Positions 1-8,461 of a DNA stretch of 64,000 bases are shown here, piece after piece. The notes under the pieces are model-generated. The model was not told the origin of the DNA, searched no databases, and worked only from the letters and a program-made list of their open reading frames with translations. Positions within the stretch are counted from its first letter, which is position 1; each line of letters opens with the position of its first letter. The translations under genes were made by a program, and so were the position numbers. The stretch comes from an uncultured Oscillospiraceae bacterium (lineage in GTDB: Bacteria; Bacillota; Clostridia; Oscillospirales; Ruminococcaceae), in contig CAYJEQ010000005.1 in assembly GCA_964369235.1 (NCBI GenBank), positions 2,464-66,463 on the forward strand, given 5' to 3'.

Positions 1-749
1 CCTAGTAGAGCACCAGAAGAACCAAATGCCATAATACCAACTACAGCTGCAGAAGCTGCTGGAAGTGCAATATGGTGAGTAGCTGGAACTGCAAAACCTG
101 TTAGTGTAAAGAACAGTGTAATAGCTGAGATACCAAAGCATATTACTGGGTAGATGCCCATAGCTGCTTCAGAAACGCCAGCTGCCATCATGGAAGCTGC
201 TACAAAGCTAACTCCGATACCAACGCCAGCCCCTAGTAGAATATTACAAGTTAGTGTGTTACCACCACTAAACCATACTCTTGGAGTAGAGCCTGTGTAT
301 TTACCTGTAAGACCTGTGCTACCAAATGCAAGTCTTGCAATAATAGCAGAGATTACAACTGTGATCCCTGGAAGGTCAGTCATAGGACCAACTGGAGTTA
401 AGCTTATTAAGTAAAGAACTACATAACCTATAAGGCCAAATATACCACCAACACATAAAACATCAGGAGATGCTAGACCATTTAGGGCAATAGTAATATC
501 TCCACCTGCTGCTATTTTACCTTTTTTACCTGCGTATGCTGCTGCTGCAACACCACCAGCAAAGGCGATATGTGGGCCAAGATATGAGCCAAAAGCTATA
601 AAGCCAACACTAATATCTGCTCCACCTGCTGCAACAACGATACCACCCGCAAGAGCTACGAAACCTGTCATAATAAATGCTGGTAGAGCACCTAGGTAAG
701 CACCTATTAATCCACCACCAAATGCTGCTATTAACGCCATCATATCCAT
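1..749 (-). CDS. Glycine/alanine-rich polytopic membrane protein; 3' end cut by the window edge; last visible gene of the pdu operon
   Basis: The minus-strand frame is open from ATG at 749 (MDMMALIAAFGGGLIGAYLGALPAFIMTGFVALAGG...) to position 1. A GAGG RBS lies about 8 nt upstream, and the start is 32 nt after the pduS stop. It is missing from the ORF track because no stop codon lies in the window. The sequence has repeated hydrophobic G/A-rich segments. Confidence 0.6.
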   Translation of the reverse strand, partial: MDMMALIAAFGGGLIGAYLGALPAFIMTGFVALAGGIVVAAGGADISVGFIAFGSYLGPHIAFAGGVAAAAYAGKKGKIAAGGDITIALNGLASPDVLCVGGIFGLIGYVVLYLISLTPVGPMTDLPGITVVISAIIARLAFGSTGLTGKYTGSTPRVWFSGGNTLTCNILLGAGVGIGVSFVAASMMAAGVSEAAMGIYPVICFGISAITLFFTLTGFAVPATHHIALPAASAAVVGIMAFGSSGALL

Positions 750-781
750 AATGATTACCTCATTTCATAAAACTTTGTTTA

Positions 782-2107
782 TTAAGATTTTACTATTATG
801 CTATCATTGGAAATTTCTAAAACTATACCCTCTATTGTACAGTGTAGATTAGCACCTAGCTTACCTTCTGGTATAGTGGCGATAAGTTGGCCCTTTTCCA
901 CCTTATCTCCTACCTTAACAATAGGCTCAGCTGCCATGCCAACATTCTGTCTTAGAGGTAGGTTAACTACTGTGTAGTTATAACTGACTTCCTCTATTGG
1001 TGCTGCCACATCATACTTATACAGTCCCAGTTGTTTTATCAGCTTCTTTACAGGGTACATTTTATAGCCTCTAAAATTATCCACTTTTTCTGGAGAATTT
1101 TTAAGTGTGCTATTAATGCCATTATCCCTTAAAGCTTTTTTAAGGCCTATATTAAGTTTCCATGGTTGCAAATCCATTACACAGGCATATTGACATAGTC
1201 TGCATTCACAGCACAACACTGCGTTCATAGGGGTTTGCTTAGGATCACACATACTTCCATATCCTGCAATCCTCATAAGTTTGTGAGGCTCTAATCTATG
1301 TCCTAGAAGTCCTCTAGGGCATACTTCAGTACACATATTGCACTGCATACATGCTACTGCTGCTTGTTTAATAGATACCTCTAATGGTTTCTCAACACTA
1401 GAAATTAGGCTGTGATCTGCTGGCAGTACAATAAGGCCTTTGGTGGTTTTTGTAATAGGGCTGTCTACTGGTATAGCTCTCCCCATCATAGGCCCACCGT
1501 TAATTACCTTATATTCTGATACTGTAGTTCCTCCAGCAAGTTCTAGTAGCTGAGCCACCGTTATACCCATTGGTACCTTAACTGTTTTAGGTGTTTTAAC
1601 CTCTCCAGTTATAGTTACATATTTTTCTGTTAAAGTATTACCTCTAACTGCATCCATAACATTTAGAGCTGTTTCAACATTGGTTACTACTACTCCTACA
1701 TGTAGAGGTATTCCACCTTCTGGCACAATACGACCTGTAGCTTCGTAAACCATAACCTGTTCGTCACCTGCTGGGTAGAATGAACCCATTAGGTGCAGTT
1801 TAAGTTTAGGGTATTTAGGTAATTCTTTGTTTAGTGCCTCCACAGCTTTATGATAATGAGACTTTAGTGCCACAATACCTTCCTTAGCGCCTACATGCTC
1901 TACTATTATGGACAGAGCCTCCAGAAGCTCATCAGCCCTTTTTGCCATAAGCTCCTGGTCAACTCTTAATAATGGTTCACATTCTGCGCCGTTTATAATA
2001 ACTGTTTCAGCTTGGGCTTTAAGCTTGACATGGGTGGGAAAGCCAGCACCACCAGCACCGACAATACCAGCACCTTCTACTATTTCTAATAAATCCTTTG
2101 CCATCAA
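782..2107 (-). CDS. pduS: PduS cobalamin reductase (RnfC/NuoF-like flavo-FeS protein)
   Basis: 441 aa. It has an N-terminal GAGGAGFPTHVK nucleotide/flavin site and two Cys clusters (CMQCNMCTEVCP, CCECRLCQYAC). It sits directly after pduP in the pdu operon. Confidence 0.85.
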   Translation of the reverse strand: MMAKDLLEIVEGAGIVGAGGAGFPTHVKLKAQAETVIINGAECEPLLRVDQELMAKRADELLEALSIIVEHVGAKEGIVALKSHYHKAVEALNKELPKYPKLKLHLMGSFYPAGDEQVMVYEATGRIVPEGGIPLHVGVVVTNVETALNVMDAVRGNTLTEKYVTITGEVKTPKTVKVPMGITVAQLLELAGGTTVSEYKVINGGPMMGRAIPVDSPITKTTKGLIVLPADHSLISSVEKPLEVSIKQAAVACMQCNMCTEVCPRGLLGHRLEPHKLMRIAGYGSMCDPKQTPMNAVLCCECRLCQYACVMDLQPWKLNIGLKKALRDNGINSTLKNSPEKVDNFRGYKMYPVKKLIKQLGLYKYDVAAPIEEVSYNYTVVNLPLRQNVGMAAEPIVKVGDKVEKGQLIATIPEGKLGANLHCTIEGIVLEISNDSIIVKS

Positions 2108-2120
2108 GCCCTCACCTCCA

Positions 2121-3524
2121 TTATCTAATGTCCATACTACCTACAAGAACACATCTGCGTCTTCTTGCAAATGATTTAGGTGAAGTCAGTCCTTCTCCTG
2201 TTGGCCCTGCAATTGTAAATGTAGTATAGCCTTCCCCACCAACACCGATACCAGCGTAGGATGGGCCATTTTTCACAAAAATAGTTGTTTGGATAAGCTT
2301 ACCCATTTTAGTTAGTTTATCCACATTTTTTGAGTGCATAATCGCTGTATGTCTAAAGCCATGTTCAACTCTAATTGCCATATCAATAGCAGCATCACAG
2401 TCAGCCACACGAACTAAAGGCAGTACAGGCATCATTAACTCTTCCTGTACAAATAGATGTTTTTCATCGGTTTCCACTAGGATAACTCTAATGTCGTCCC
2501 CTACTGTAATTCCGATTTCTCCTAAGATATACTTTGCACTTTTTCCTACAAAGTTTGTCTTAGGTCCACCTTTTTCTGTAAGTACAGTTTGTTCTAGCTT
2601 AGCGATTAGAGCCTTATCAGTTAGATAATATGCTCCCTCTTTTTTCATGTTGAAAATCAGATAATCAGCTATGCTATCAACTGCTATAATTTCTTTTTCA
2701 GCAATACAAGGTAGGTTGTTATCAAAGCTACAACCATCTACTATGCACTTTGCTGCTCTTTCAATATCAGCAGTTTCATCTACCACTACTGGTGGGTTAC
2801 CTGCACCTGCACCGATAGCTTTTTTACCACTGGATAGCACTGTATGTACTATTGCTGGGCCACCTGTTGCTACTAACATACGGATATCCTTATGGTTCAT
2901 CATAGCATTGGTGTTTTCGATAGATGGTGTTGCCACTGTTACAATTAGATTAGCTGGTGCTCCCACCTCTACTAAAGCTCGGTTAAGTCTATCTATTAGA
3001 TATAGAGAAACATCCTTTGCTCTTGGGTGTGGGCTGTATACTACTGAGTTACCAGCAGCTAACATTCCGATAGAATTACAGATAATGGTTTCTGTTGGGT
3101 TAGTTGTTGGTGTTATTGCACCAATTACCCCAAATGGGGAATACTCAACTATTGTCAGACCATCATCTCCACTAATTGCATCTGTGGTTAAATCCTCAAT
3201 ACCTGGGGTTTTTGTAGCTGCAAGTCTATTTTTGGCAATTTTGTCTGGGGTGTTACCCATACCAGTTTGTTCAACTGTTGCCTTAGACATATACTCAAGC
3301 ACATCTTCCTGTAGCACTGAATCTCTAATTGCTTTTATATATTTTGCCCTGTCACTCATGGTGCAGGACAGATATTTAATCTGTGCATCCTTTGCAGCAG
3401 CAACTGCTTCGTCCATAGTTTCAAACACGCCCATCATGCCATTAGAGCTTGCTGGCTGTGTTCCACCTATGCTTACAAGCACCTGCTGTACAATCTTTTC
3501 TACAACATTGGTGTCGATGTTCAT
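2121..3524 (-). CDS. pduP: CoA-acylating propionaldehyde dehydrogenase (PduP/EutE family)
   Basis: 467 aa aldehyde dehydrogenase fold with catalytic Cys context NNLPCIAEKE. The N-terminal amphipathic peptide MNIDTNVVEKIVQQVLVSIGG is typical of BMC-targeted PduP. Confidence 0.9.
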   Translation of the reverse strand: MNIDTNVVEKIVQQVLVSIGGTQPASSNGMMGVFETMDEAVAAAKDAQIKYLSCTMSDRAKYIKAIRDSVLQEDVLEYMSKATVEQTGMGNTPDKIAKNRLAATKTPGIEDLTTDAISGDDGLTIVEYSPFGVIGAITPTTNPTETIICNSIGMLAAGNSVVYSPHPRAKDVSLYLIDRLNRALVEVGAPANLIVTVATPSIENTNAMMNHKDIRMLVATGGPAIVHTVLSSGKKAIGAGAGNPPVVVDETADIERAAKCIVDGCSFDNNLPCIAEKEIIAVDSIADYLIFNMKKEGAYYLTDKALIAKLEQTVLTEKGGPKTNFVGKSAKYILGEIGITVGDDIRVILVETDEKHLFVQEELMMPVLPLVRVADCDAAIDMAIRVEHGFRHTAIMHSKNVDKLTKMGKLIQTTIFVKNGPSYAGIGVGGEGYTTFTIAGPTGEGLTSPKSFARRRRCVLVGSMDIR

Positions 3525-3536
3525 ATGAAACTCCTC

Positions 3537-4526
3537 CTAAAAGGACATGGCATAGTGTAAAATCTCCATATCCTGTTCTACTGTTCCACCTGATACCCCT
3601 ATACCTCCTAGGGTAGTTTCCCCTAGTTTATAAGGAGCACCACCACCAAACAGTATTATTTTGCCTGGGGCTGATGTTTCTATTCCATAAAGTGGCTGTC
3701 CTGACTGGGATACACTCCCTAGTACATCTGTTGGCATCTTAAAGGCATTAGCCGTATAGGCTTTGCCTATCGCTACCTCTATACTGCCTAAGAATGAATC
3801 AGCCATTCTATTTAAAAGTATAAGATTTCCACCTTGATCCACCACTGCAAAAACAATGGGGACACCTATTTCTATGGATTTTTCTCTTGCTCTTTTTGCC
3901 ATAATCTCTGCCACTTCTAAGGTTAGAGGTGGTTTTTCCACTGGTATGGTAAGATTATTCATGGCTTTTTTCACAAGATCTGTAACCTGTTCTTTTAGAT
4001 TACTTGCCTTTGTGGTTTCCTCTTGCAGTCGTGCCATTGCATATATTGCATCAGAAAGTCTGTTTACATATTTTAAAAGAACCTGTTCTATATCCTCTAC
4101 AGAGGATAGCTCAACCATAGCTCTTTCTGCTCTGCGCACTATAGTCCTTGCAACATGAAGTGTTGCAGAGGCCTTATCCACTCCAGGAATTACAAAAGCT
4201 GTTTGCTTACCTACAATAGATGTGCAGTAATCAACTATACCTTCCAGATAAGAAATATCGTCGCTGTTAATTCTTCCAGTAAGTTTCTTTGCTGTTTCCC
4301 CATCACTGGCAAGCTCTGCCCCTAAGGAAAATAGCCTTTTCTGGATTTCTTTTACAGCTGCTCGAATATACTCTATATCTGTTTGGGAATAGGATAGCCC
4401 TAGCATTGAGTTAGCTTCATCTATAGTACCATAACAATCAACTCTCATGTCAGATTTACTTACTCGTAAACCTCCCACTAGACTTGTCTGTCCTTTGTCA
4501 CCTGTTTTGGTGTATAGATTTGCCAT
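3537..4526 (-). CDS. pduO: PduO-type ATP:cob(I)alamin adenosyltransferase fused to a DUF336/GlcG-like C-terminal domain
   Basis: 329 aa. The N-terminus (YTKTGDKGQTSLVGG) is the PduO-type adenosyltransferase signature. The C-terminal roughly 130 aa (GVPIVFAVVDQGGNLILLNRMD...GGGAP) resembles the heme-binding DUF336 domain found in PduO. Confidence 0.85.
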   Translation of the reverse strand: MANLYTKTGDKGQTSLVGGLRVSKSDMRVDCYGTIDEANSMLGLSYSQTDIEYIRAAVKEIQKRLFSLGAELASDGETAKKLTGRINSDDISYLEGIVDYCTSIVGKQTAFVIPGVDKASATLHVARTIVRRAERAMVELSSVEDIEQVLLKYVNRLSDAIYAMARLQEETTKASNLKEQVTDLVKKAMNNLTIPVEKPPLTLEVAEIMAKRAREKSIEIGVPIVFAVVDQGGNLILLNRMADSFLGSIEVAIGKAYTANAFKMPTDVLGSVSQSGQPLYGIETSAPGKIILFGGGAPYKLGETTLGGIGVSGGTVEQDMEILHYAMSF

Positions 4527-4527
4527 A

Positions 4528-4794
4528 TTATACTACCTCCACGGAATCAACTATTCCTACGATTGAGGCGTCAACAGGTGCATTATCATTGTCAAGAATT
4601 CTACGAGCAGAACTACCTGTAGCAACTATTACTATCTCGCCCACTCCAGCCCCTACGGTATCCACTGCTATTGCAGTTGATCCAACAGGCTCTTTGTGCT
4701 CATTTAGCTCTGCTACTATTAGTAGTTTCATACCAATTAGTAGCTCGTTTTTGCTGGTAGATACTACCGTTCCAACTACTTTACCTAAATACAT
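4528..4794 (-). CDS. pduN: BMC vertex pentamer protein (EutN/CcmL/PduN family)
   Basis: 88 aa starting MYLGKVVGTVVSTSK, which is the EutN/PduN family pattern. The operon position also fits. Confidence 0.85.
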   Translation of the reverse strand: MYLGKVVGTVVSTSKNELLIGMKLLIVAELNEHKEPVGSTAIAVDTVGAGVGEIVIVATGSSARRILDNDNAPVDASIVGIVDSVEVV

Positions 4795-4828
4795 AGTTTT
4801 TCATGCCTCTCTCTCGGTATTTCCTCTA

Positions 4829-5641
4829 TTAATTCTGTATTAACAGTGAAATATTTCTACGGTTAGCTTCGTCACGAGCTAGTTGGGTTATAAGTGAACC
4901 CTTGCTTATAACTGCTTCTCCGTTATTTGGTATAGTTCTCATATGCCCTGCACTAACAACCTTATCACTGATAAAAGTTCTAGTAGCAGTGCTATCTCTT
5001 TTCTCGGTTAATTGGGGTTGTGATTTATTAGTAGTTATTTCCACTCCGGTAACCTTCATTACCTTATGTGCCAAATTCTTATTAATAGTCAGCGTAGCCC
5101 CATAGCTTTTTAGAGTTTCCATATTCTCTCTTAGTTTTGCTTTTAAAGGTTCTGGTGTGTTAAAACCTCTTGCACTTCGATGTACATTATCTGGACAACA
5201 GCCATCAATTGCCACCACTACATTCTTGCCTTTTTGAAGAGCTAGAAATATAGTTTCGCTTGCAGTGCTATTTGACATACAAGCGACTATATGTGCAAGG
5301 GTATGTACTGTCATAGATGGCACTATAATTGTATGGTACTGGGAAATTTTTTCTTCCACAGTGCCTTCATAGCACTCCATCCAAACATTCTTTGCCTTTG
5401 TGGCTTCTTTGATTTTTGCTATTTCTAAAATCTTAGTAGCACCTCTTGACAAAAGCAAATCAAACTCATATCCTTCATCTGCTAGTTTTTTTAGAGAAAT
5501 AAGACCTTCTTCAAAGCCTATATCCGATCCTGTATAGATGACTAAAGCTTTCTTTTGTAGTTTCTTATATTTATCTACTACAGCGTTTACGATGTACTCT
5601 AGAAGTTCCTCGCCGCTCATAGCATCAAAACTTTTACCCAT
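4829..5641 (-). CDS. pduM: PduM-like microcompartment protein, long form
   Basis: 270 aa. The C-terminus (...GSLITQLARDEANRRNISLLIQN) matches my recollection of the Salmonella PduM C-terminus. It lies between eutJ and pduN, and its N-terminal helix is EELLEYIVNAVVDKYKK. Confidence 0.6.
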   Translation of the reverse strand: MGKSFDAMSGEELLEYIVNAVVDKYKKLQKKALVIYTGSDIGFEEGLISLKKLADEGYEFDLLLSRGATKILEIAKIKEATKAKNVWMECYEGTVEEKISQYHTIIVPSMTVHTLAHIVACMSNSTASETIFLALQKGKNVVVAIDGCCPDNVHRSARGFNTPEPLKAKLRENMETLKSYGATLTINKNLAHKVMKVTGVEITTNKSQPQLTEKRDSTATRTFISDKVVSAGHMRTIPNNGEAVISKGSLITQLARDEANRRNISLLIQN

Positions 5642-5659
5642 AAACGGTAATCACCTGCT

Positions 5660-6487
5660 TTACTCTGTACAGTTCATAGCTATCCCCAGTGGTGTTACCA
5701 GTAGCGGTGCTATTGGTTTCACCACCGAGATACCTACTTGTTTCTCGAATACCTTCTCAAATTGTGAGAAACAGCATGCACCACCTACTAGATATACAAT
5801 ATCTGCTGGTGACTGCTTAAGATAGTTATCCACTATAGATGCCATCTTCTCAACAACTGGTTTTATTACAGGGAACACATCGGATTCCTTTTGTGTATCC
5901 CTTTTAATTACCTCTGCTTCTTCGGTAGAACAACCGTGGAAACCTGCTAGTACAAGTGTCATGTGGGTGCCTCCTGTAGGCTCGTCGCCTGTGAAAACAA
6001 CCTGACCATCTTTAATAACACTAATCCCTGTTGTTCCTCCTCCTACATCTACTACTGCACCTTCGGTTAAACCAAGTACTGTAGCTGCTGCAGTAGGTTC
6101 ATCTAGAATGTTTGTCAGTCTAAAGCCAGCGGCTTCAACTACATTTCCTATTGCCTTAACACTGCCTGAGTGCACACCGGGAGGTATGGCACAAGCTGCA
6201 GCATCTAGGGTAACCCCCAGCTGTTTTTCCAGCTGATCTTTTAGCATAGTAACTACACGAACAGCGCCCATGTAATCCACCACAATACCATCACGAACAA
6301 CTGTAGAAGGGTAGGTAGCTCCTGCTATAGGAGTGTTATTCTCATCAACAACAGCCAAAACTATGTTTGCTGTGCCTAGATCCACCCCTGTACGAAGAGT
6401 ACCACTCCACTGTTTATTTTCCTTATTTTCAATAAGGCTCTGGAAGTCAAGTAGGACTTCGTTATAGTTTTCTGACATGTTTTCCAT
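5660..6487 (-). CDS. eutJ: EutJ-like actin/Hsp70-fold putative chaperone
   Basis: Contains GVDLGTANIV, DEPTAAA and VDVGGGTTGISV phosphate-binding motifs. The ORF track starts it at 6586. I prefer ATG at 6487 (MENMSENY...) because it has an AAGG RBS and gives an EutJ-like distance to the GVDLGT motif. The start remains uncertain. Confidence 0.75.
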   Translation of the reverse strand: MENMSENYNEVLLDFQSLIENKENKQWSGTLRTGVDLGTANIVLAVVDENNTPIAGATYPSTVVRDGIVVDYMGAVRVVTMLKDQLEKQLGVTLDAAACAIPPGVHSGSVKAIGNVVEAAGFRLTNILDEPTAAATVLGLTEGAVVDVGGGTTGISVIKDGQVVFTGDEPTGGTHMTLVLAGFHGCSTEEAEVIKRDTQKESDVFPVIKPVVEKMASIVDNYLKQSPADIVYLVGGACCFSQFEKVFEKQVGISVVKPIAPLLVTPLGIAMNCTE

Positions 6488-6625
6488 TCTAAACCTTATT
6501 CCTTTCTCGGTGTTTTGTGTGATTTTCTCATGGTTTTCTATGAGAAAATTTCGGGTGTTATAATGACCGAAAAACACAAAACCCATGTTTGAAACTTTGT
6601 TTCAAACTAACCTCCGAATTAAATT

Positions 6626-7270
6626 TTACAGGATATATCCATTGTCGCCGGTTTTTACACCTAGGCCATTGGCTTCGTCAATATCAATATGCATTTCCAA
6701 AGCATACTTATCAGATGCCCTTACTAAAACATTATTTAGTACAGCTCCTCTAGTAGTGCCCACTTCCACACTTACAAGGTCTCCGTCGGAAACACCCATT
6801 CTCTTAGCATCTGCTAATGTCATATGGATATGTCTGTAAGCTGCTATTACTCCCTGAGATTTACTAACAGATCCCTTAGGGCCAATTATCTCAATCCCCG
6901 GTGTATTATCTAGTTGACCTGATTCTCTTACAGGTGCTTTCACCCCCAGTGAAAAACCGTCGGTTACCGACACCTCTATCTGAGTTTCTGGTCTGAGAGG
7001 ACCTAGTATCCTAACCTTTTTCAGTTCACCTTTTGGGCCACGAATATTAACCGTTTCCTCACAAGCGTACTGTCCTGGCTGGATTAAATCCTTCATCTTT
7101 GTTAGCTCACTACCCTTACCAAATAACACATCCATATCCTCCCTTGACAGGTGGATATGTCGATTGGATACACCAATCACCACAGCTTTTTCCATCTTTA
7201 TAAGATTTTTTATAACTGTTCTGGTTATCTGGCGAATAAGTTCTTCATTAACAGGTAGATTATTACTCAT
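6626..7270 (-). CDS. pduL: Phosphate propanoyltransferase PduL
   Basis: 214 aa with duplicated PduL motifs (GVSNRHIHLS and AAYRHIHMT). The N-terminal helix is EELIRQITRTVIKNLIK. Confidence 0.9.
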   Translation of the reverse strand: MSNNLPVNEELIRQITRTVIKNLIKMEKAVVIGVSNRHIHLSREDMDVLFGKGSELTKMKDLIQPGQYACEETVNIRGPKGELKKVRILGPLRPETQIEVSVTDGFSLGVKAPVRESGQLDNTPGIEIIGPKGSVSKSQGVIAAYRHIHMTLADAKRMGVSDGDLVSVEVGTTRGAVLNNVLVRASDKYALEMHIDIDEANGLGVKTGDNGYIL

Positions 7271-7290
7271 CTTACATCATCCTCTTAATA

Positions 7291-7566
7291 TTATAGAGTC
7301 TTTGGTAGTATTCTCTCAACATCTGTGTGAGGACGAGGAATAACATGCTGTGAAACGATTTCGCCAACTTTTTCAGCTGCGCAAGCGCCTGCATCAACAG
7401 CAGCCTTAACTGCACCTACATCACCACGAACCATAACTGTTACTAGACCAGAACCGATTTTTTCGTATCCTACTAGTGTTACATTTGCAGATTTTGTCAT
7501 TGCGTCAGCTGCTTCGATTGCGCCAACTAGACCTTTAGTTTCGATCATTCCTAATGCTTCGCTCAT
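7291..7566 (-). CDS. pduJ: BMC-H hexameric shell protein (PduA/PduJ type)
   Basis: BMC domain ([21 protein letters not shown]...). The ORF track starts at 7581, but the ATGGAGGAT there supplies a GGAGG RBS 8 nt upstream of the second ATG (MSEALGM), so I place the start at 7566. Confidence 0.85.
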   Translation of the reverse strand: MSEALGMIETKGLVGAIEAADAMTKSANVTLVGYEKIGSGLVTVMVRGDVGAVKAAVDAGACAAEKVGEIVSQHVIPRPHTDVERILPKTL

Positions 7567-7621
7567 AATAATATCCTCCATTATTCCTATTATCTTAAGG
7601 AATTTTTCTTAAGTTTTGCTT

Positions 7622-8074
7622 TTATTTTTTTGCTCTACCCTTGCCTTTAGCTGGAGGAGTGTTTCCATCCTTCTCTTCTGGCTGGGTTTCTTCTGCTACT
7701 TCCACCACTTCTACTATTTCTTCTACTTCTTCTACCTGTAGCTCTACAGTATCTTCAGCAGTTTCCTCAGTAGTTTCTGGTGTGTAACCTACAGTATTCT
7801 CATTGTATACCATAGATATTAGACCAGCAGCAGGTCTTGCAATAACCTTGGATGTAACAAATGTTCCCATTTTTTTAGCTGACACCTCCGCAGCGTTTAT
7901 AGCAGCCTTTACAGCTCCTACATCACCTGTGATTTTTATGGTAGTCCAGCCGCCACCCTTAGCCATTTCATAACCGATTAACTGAACATTTGCAGATTTT
8001 ACCACAACATCTGCTGCTTCAACTGCTGCAAGAAGTCCTGCTACCTCGATTATACCTAGACTATTTAGCTTCAT
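7622..8074 (-). CDS. pduK: BMC-H shell protein with a long acidic/basic C-terminal tail (PduK-like)
   Basis: 150 aa. The N-terminal roughly 90 aa form a BMC domain (LGIIEVAGLLAAVEAADVVVKSANV). The C-terminal tail reads EETAEDTVELQVEEVEEIVEVVEVAEETQPEEKDGNTPPAKGKGRAKK. A GGAAGGAGG RBS lies upstream. Confidence 0.8.
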   Translation of the reverse strand: MKLNSLGIIEVAGLLAAVEAADVVVKSANVQLIGYEMAKGGGWTTIKITGDVGAVKAAINAAEVSAKKMGTFVTSKVIARPAAGLISMVYNENTVGYTPETTEETAEDTVELQVEEVEEIVEVVEVAEETQPEEKDGNTPPAKGKGRAKK

Positions 8075-8095
8075 CTTCCAACCTCCTTCCTATAT

Positions 8096-8461
8096 TTAAC
8101 CATTTTGCAGTGGTTTTAGAGGAAGTTTCTTAACCAGTCTGCCAGCATTTGCCCCTAGTGATCTTACTTTATCAGGATCATTAACCCTTATTTTAAAAAG
8201 TGGCTCATCTAAAGGTAGCTTTCTATAGTGTAGCACTGCAAATCCATTGTCAATAGCAATACCAACCTCTAATTGAGAGTTGTTTGCAGCCTCGTAGGCT
8301 GTTTGTATTGTATCGCCTAAATCTAAAATTTTAATATCCGTAGGGATACCTTCCTCTTCGATTCCGTTTTGCAGGCATTTAAGTAAAACTGTACTAGCTC
8401 CATCTACTGTATATATATGGATGCTAGGTTTTGCTGCTTGTAGTGGTGATTGCATTTGCAT
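8096..8461 (-). CDS. pduH: Diol dehydratase reactivase small subunit
   Basis: 121 aa. Its start overlaps the pduG stop (TAATG), and it occupies the expected position after pduG. Confidence 0.75.
   Translation of the reverse strand: MQMQSPLQAAKPSIHIYTVDGASTVLLKCLQNGIEEEGIPTDIKILDLGDTIQTAYEAANNSQLEVGIAIDNGFAVLHYRKLPLDEPLFKIRVNDPDKVRSLGANAGRLVKKLPLKPLQNG

Noticed and set aside
2671-3528. A 285-aa plus-strand ORF. Many other ORFs of 60-200 aa lie antisense to the real genes, for example 154-414, 8984-9226, 12810-13130, 25150-25584, 29199-29807, 30543-30986 and 37641-37973.
   Set aside because: They lie entirely inside, and antisense to, long ORFs with unmistakable family motifs. They lack RBSs, and their translations are low-complexity Ser/Ile/Leu/Ala-rich strings typical of the reverse frame of AT-rich coding DNA.
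6587-6607. A recurring TTTGAAA...TTTCAAA palindrome, also seen at 17191-17208 and 33051-33071, as a possible common operator.
   Set aside because: There are only three instances, with different spacer lengths and contexts (intra-operon gap, promoter region, downstream spacer). The motif is low-complexity A/T and is expected by chance at this base composition.
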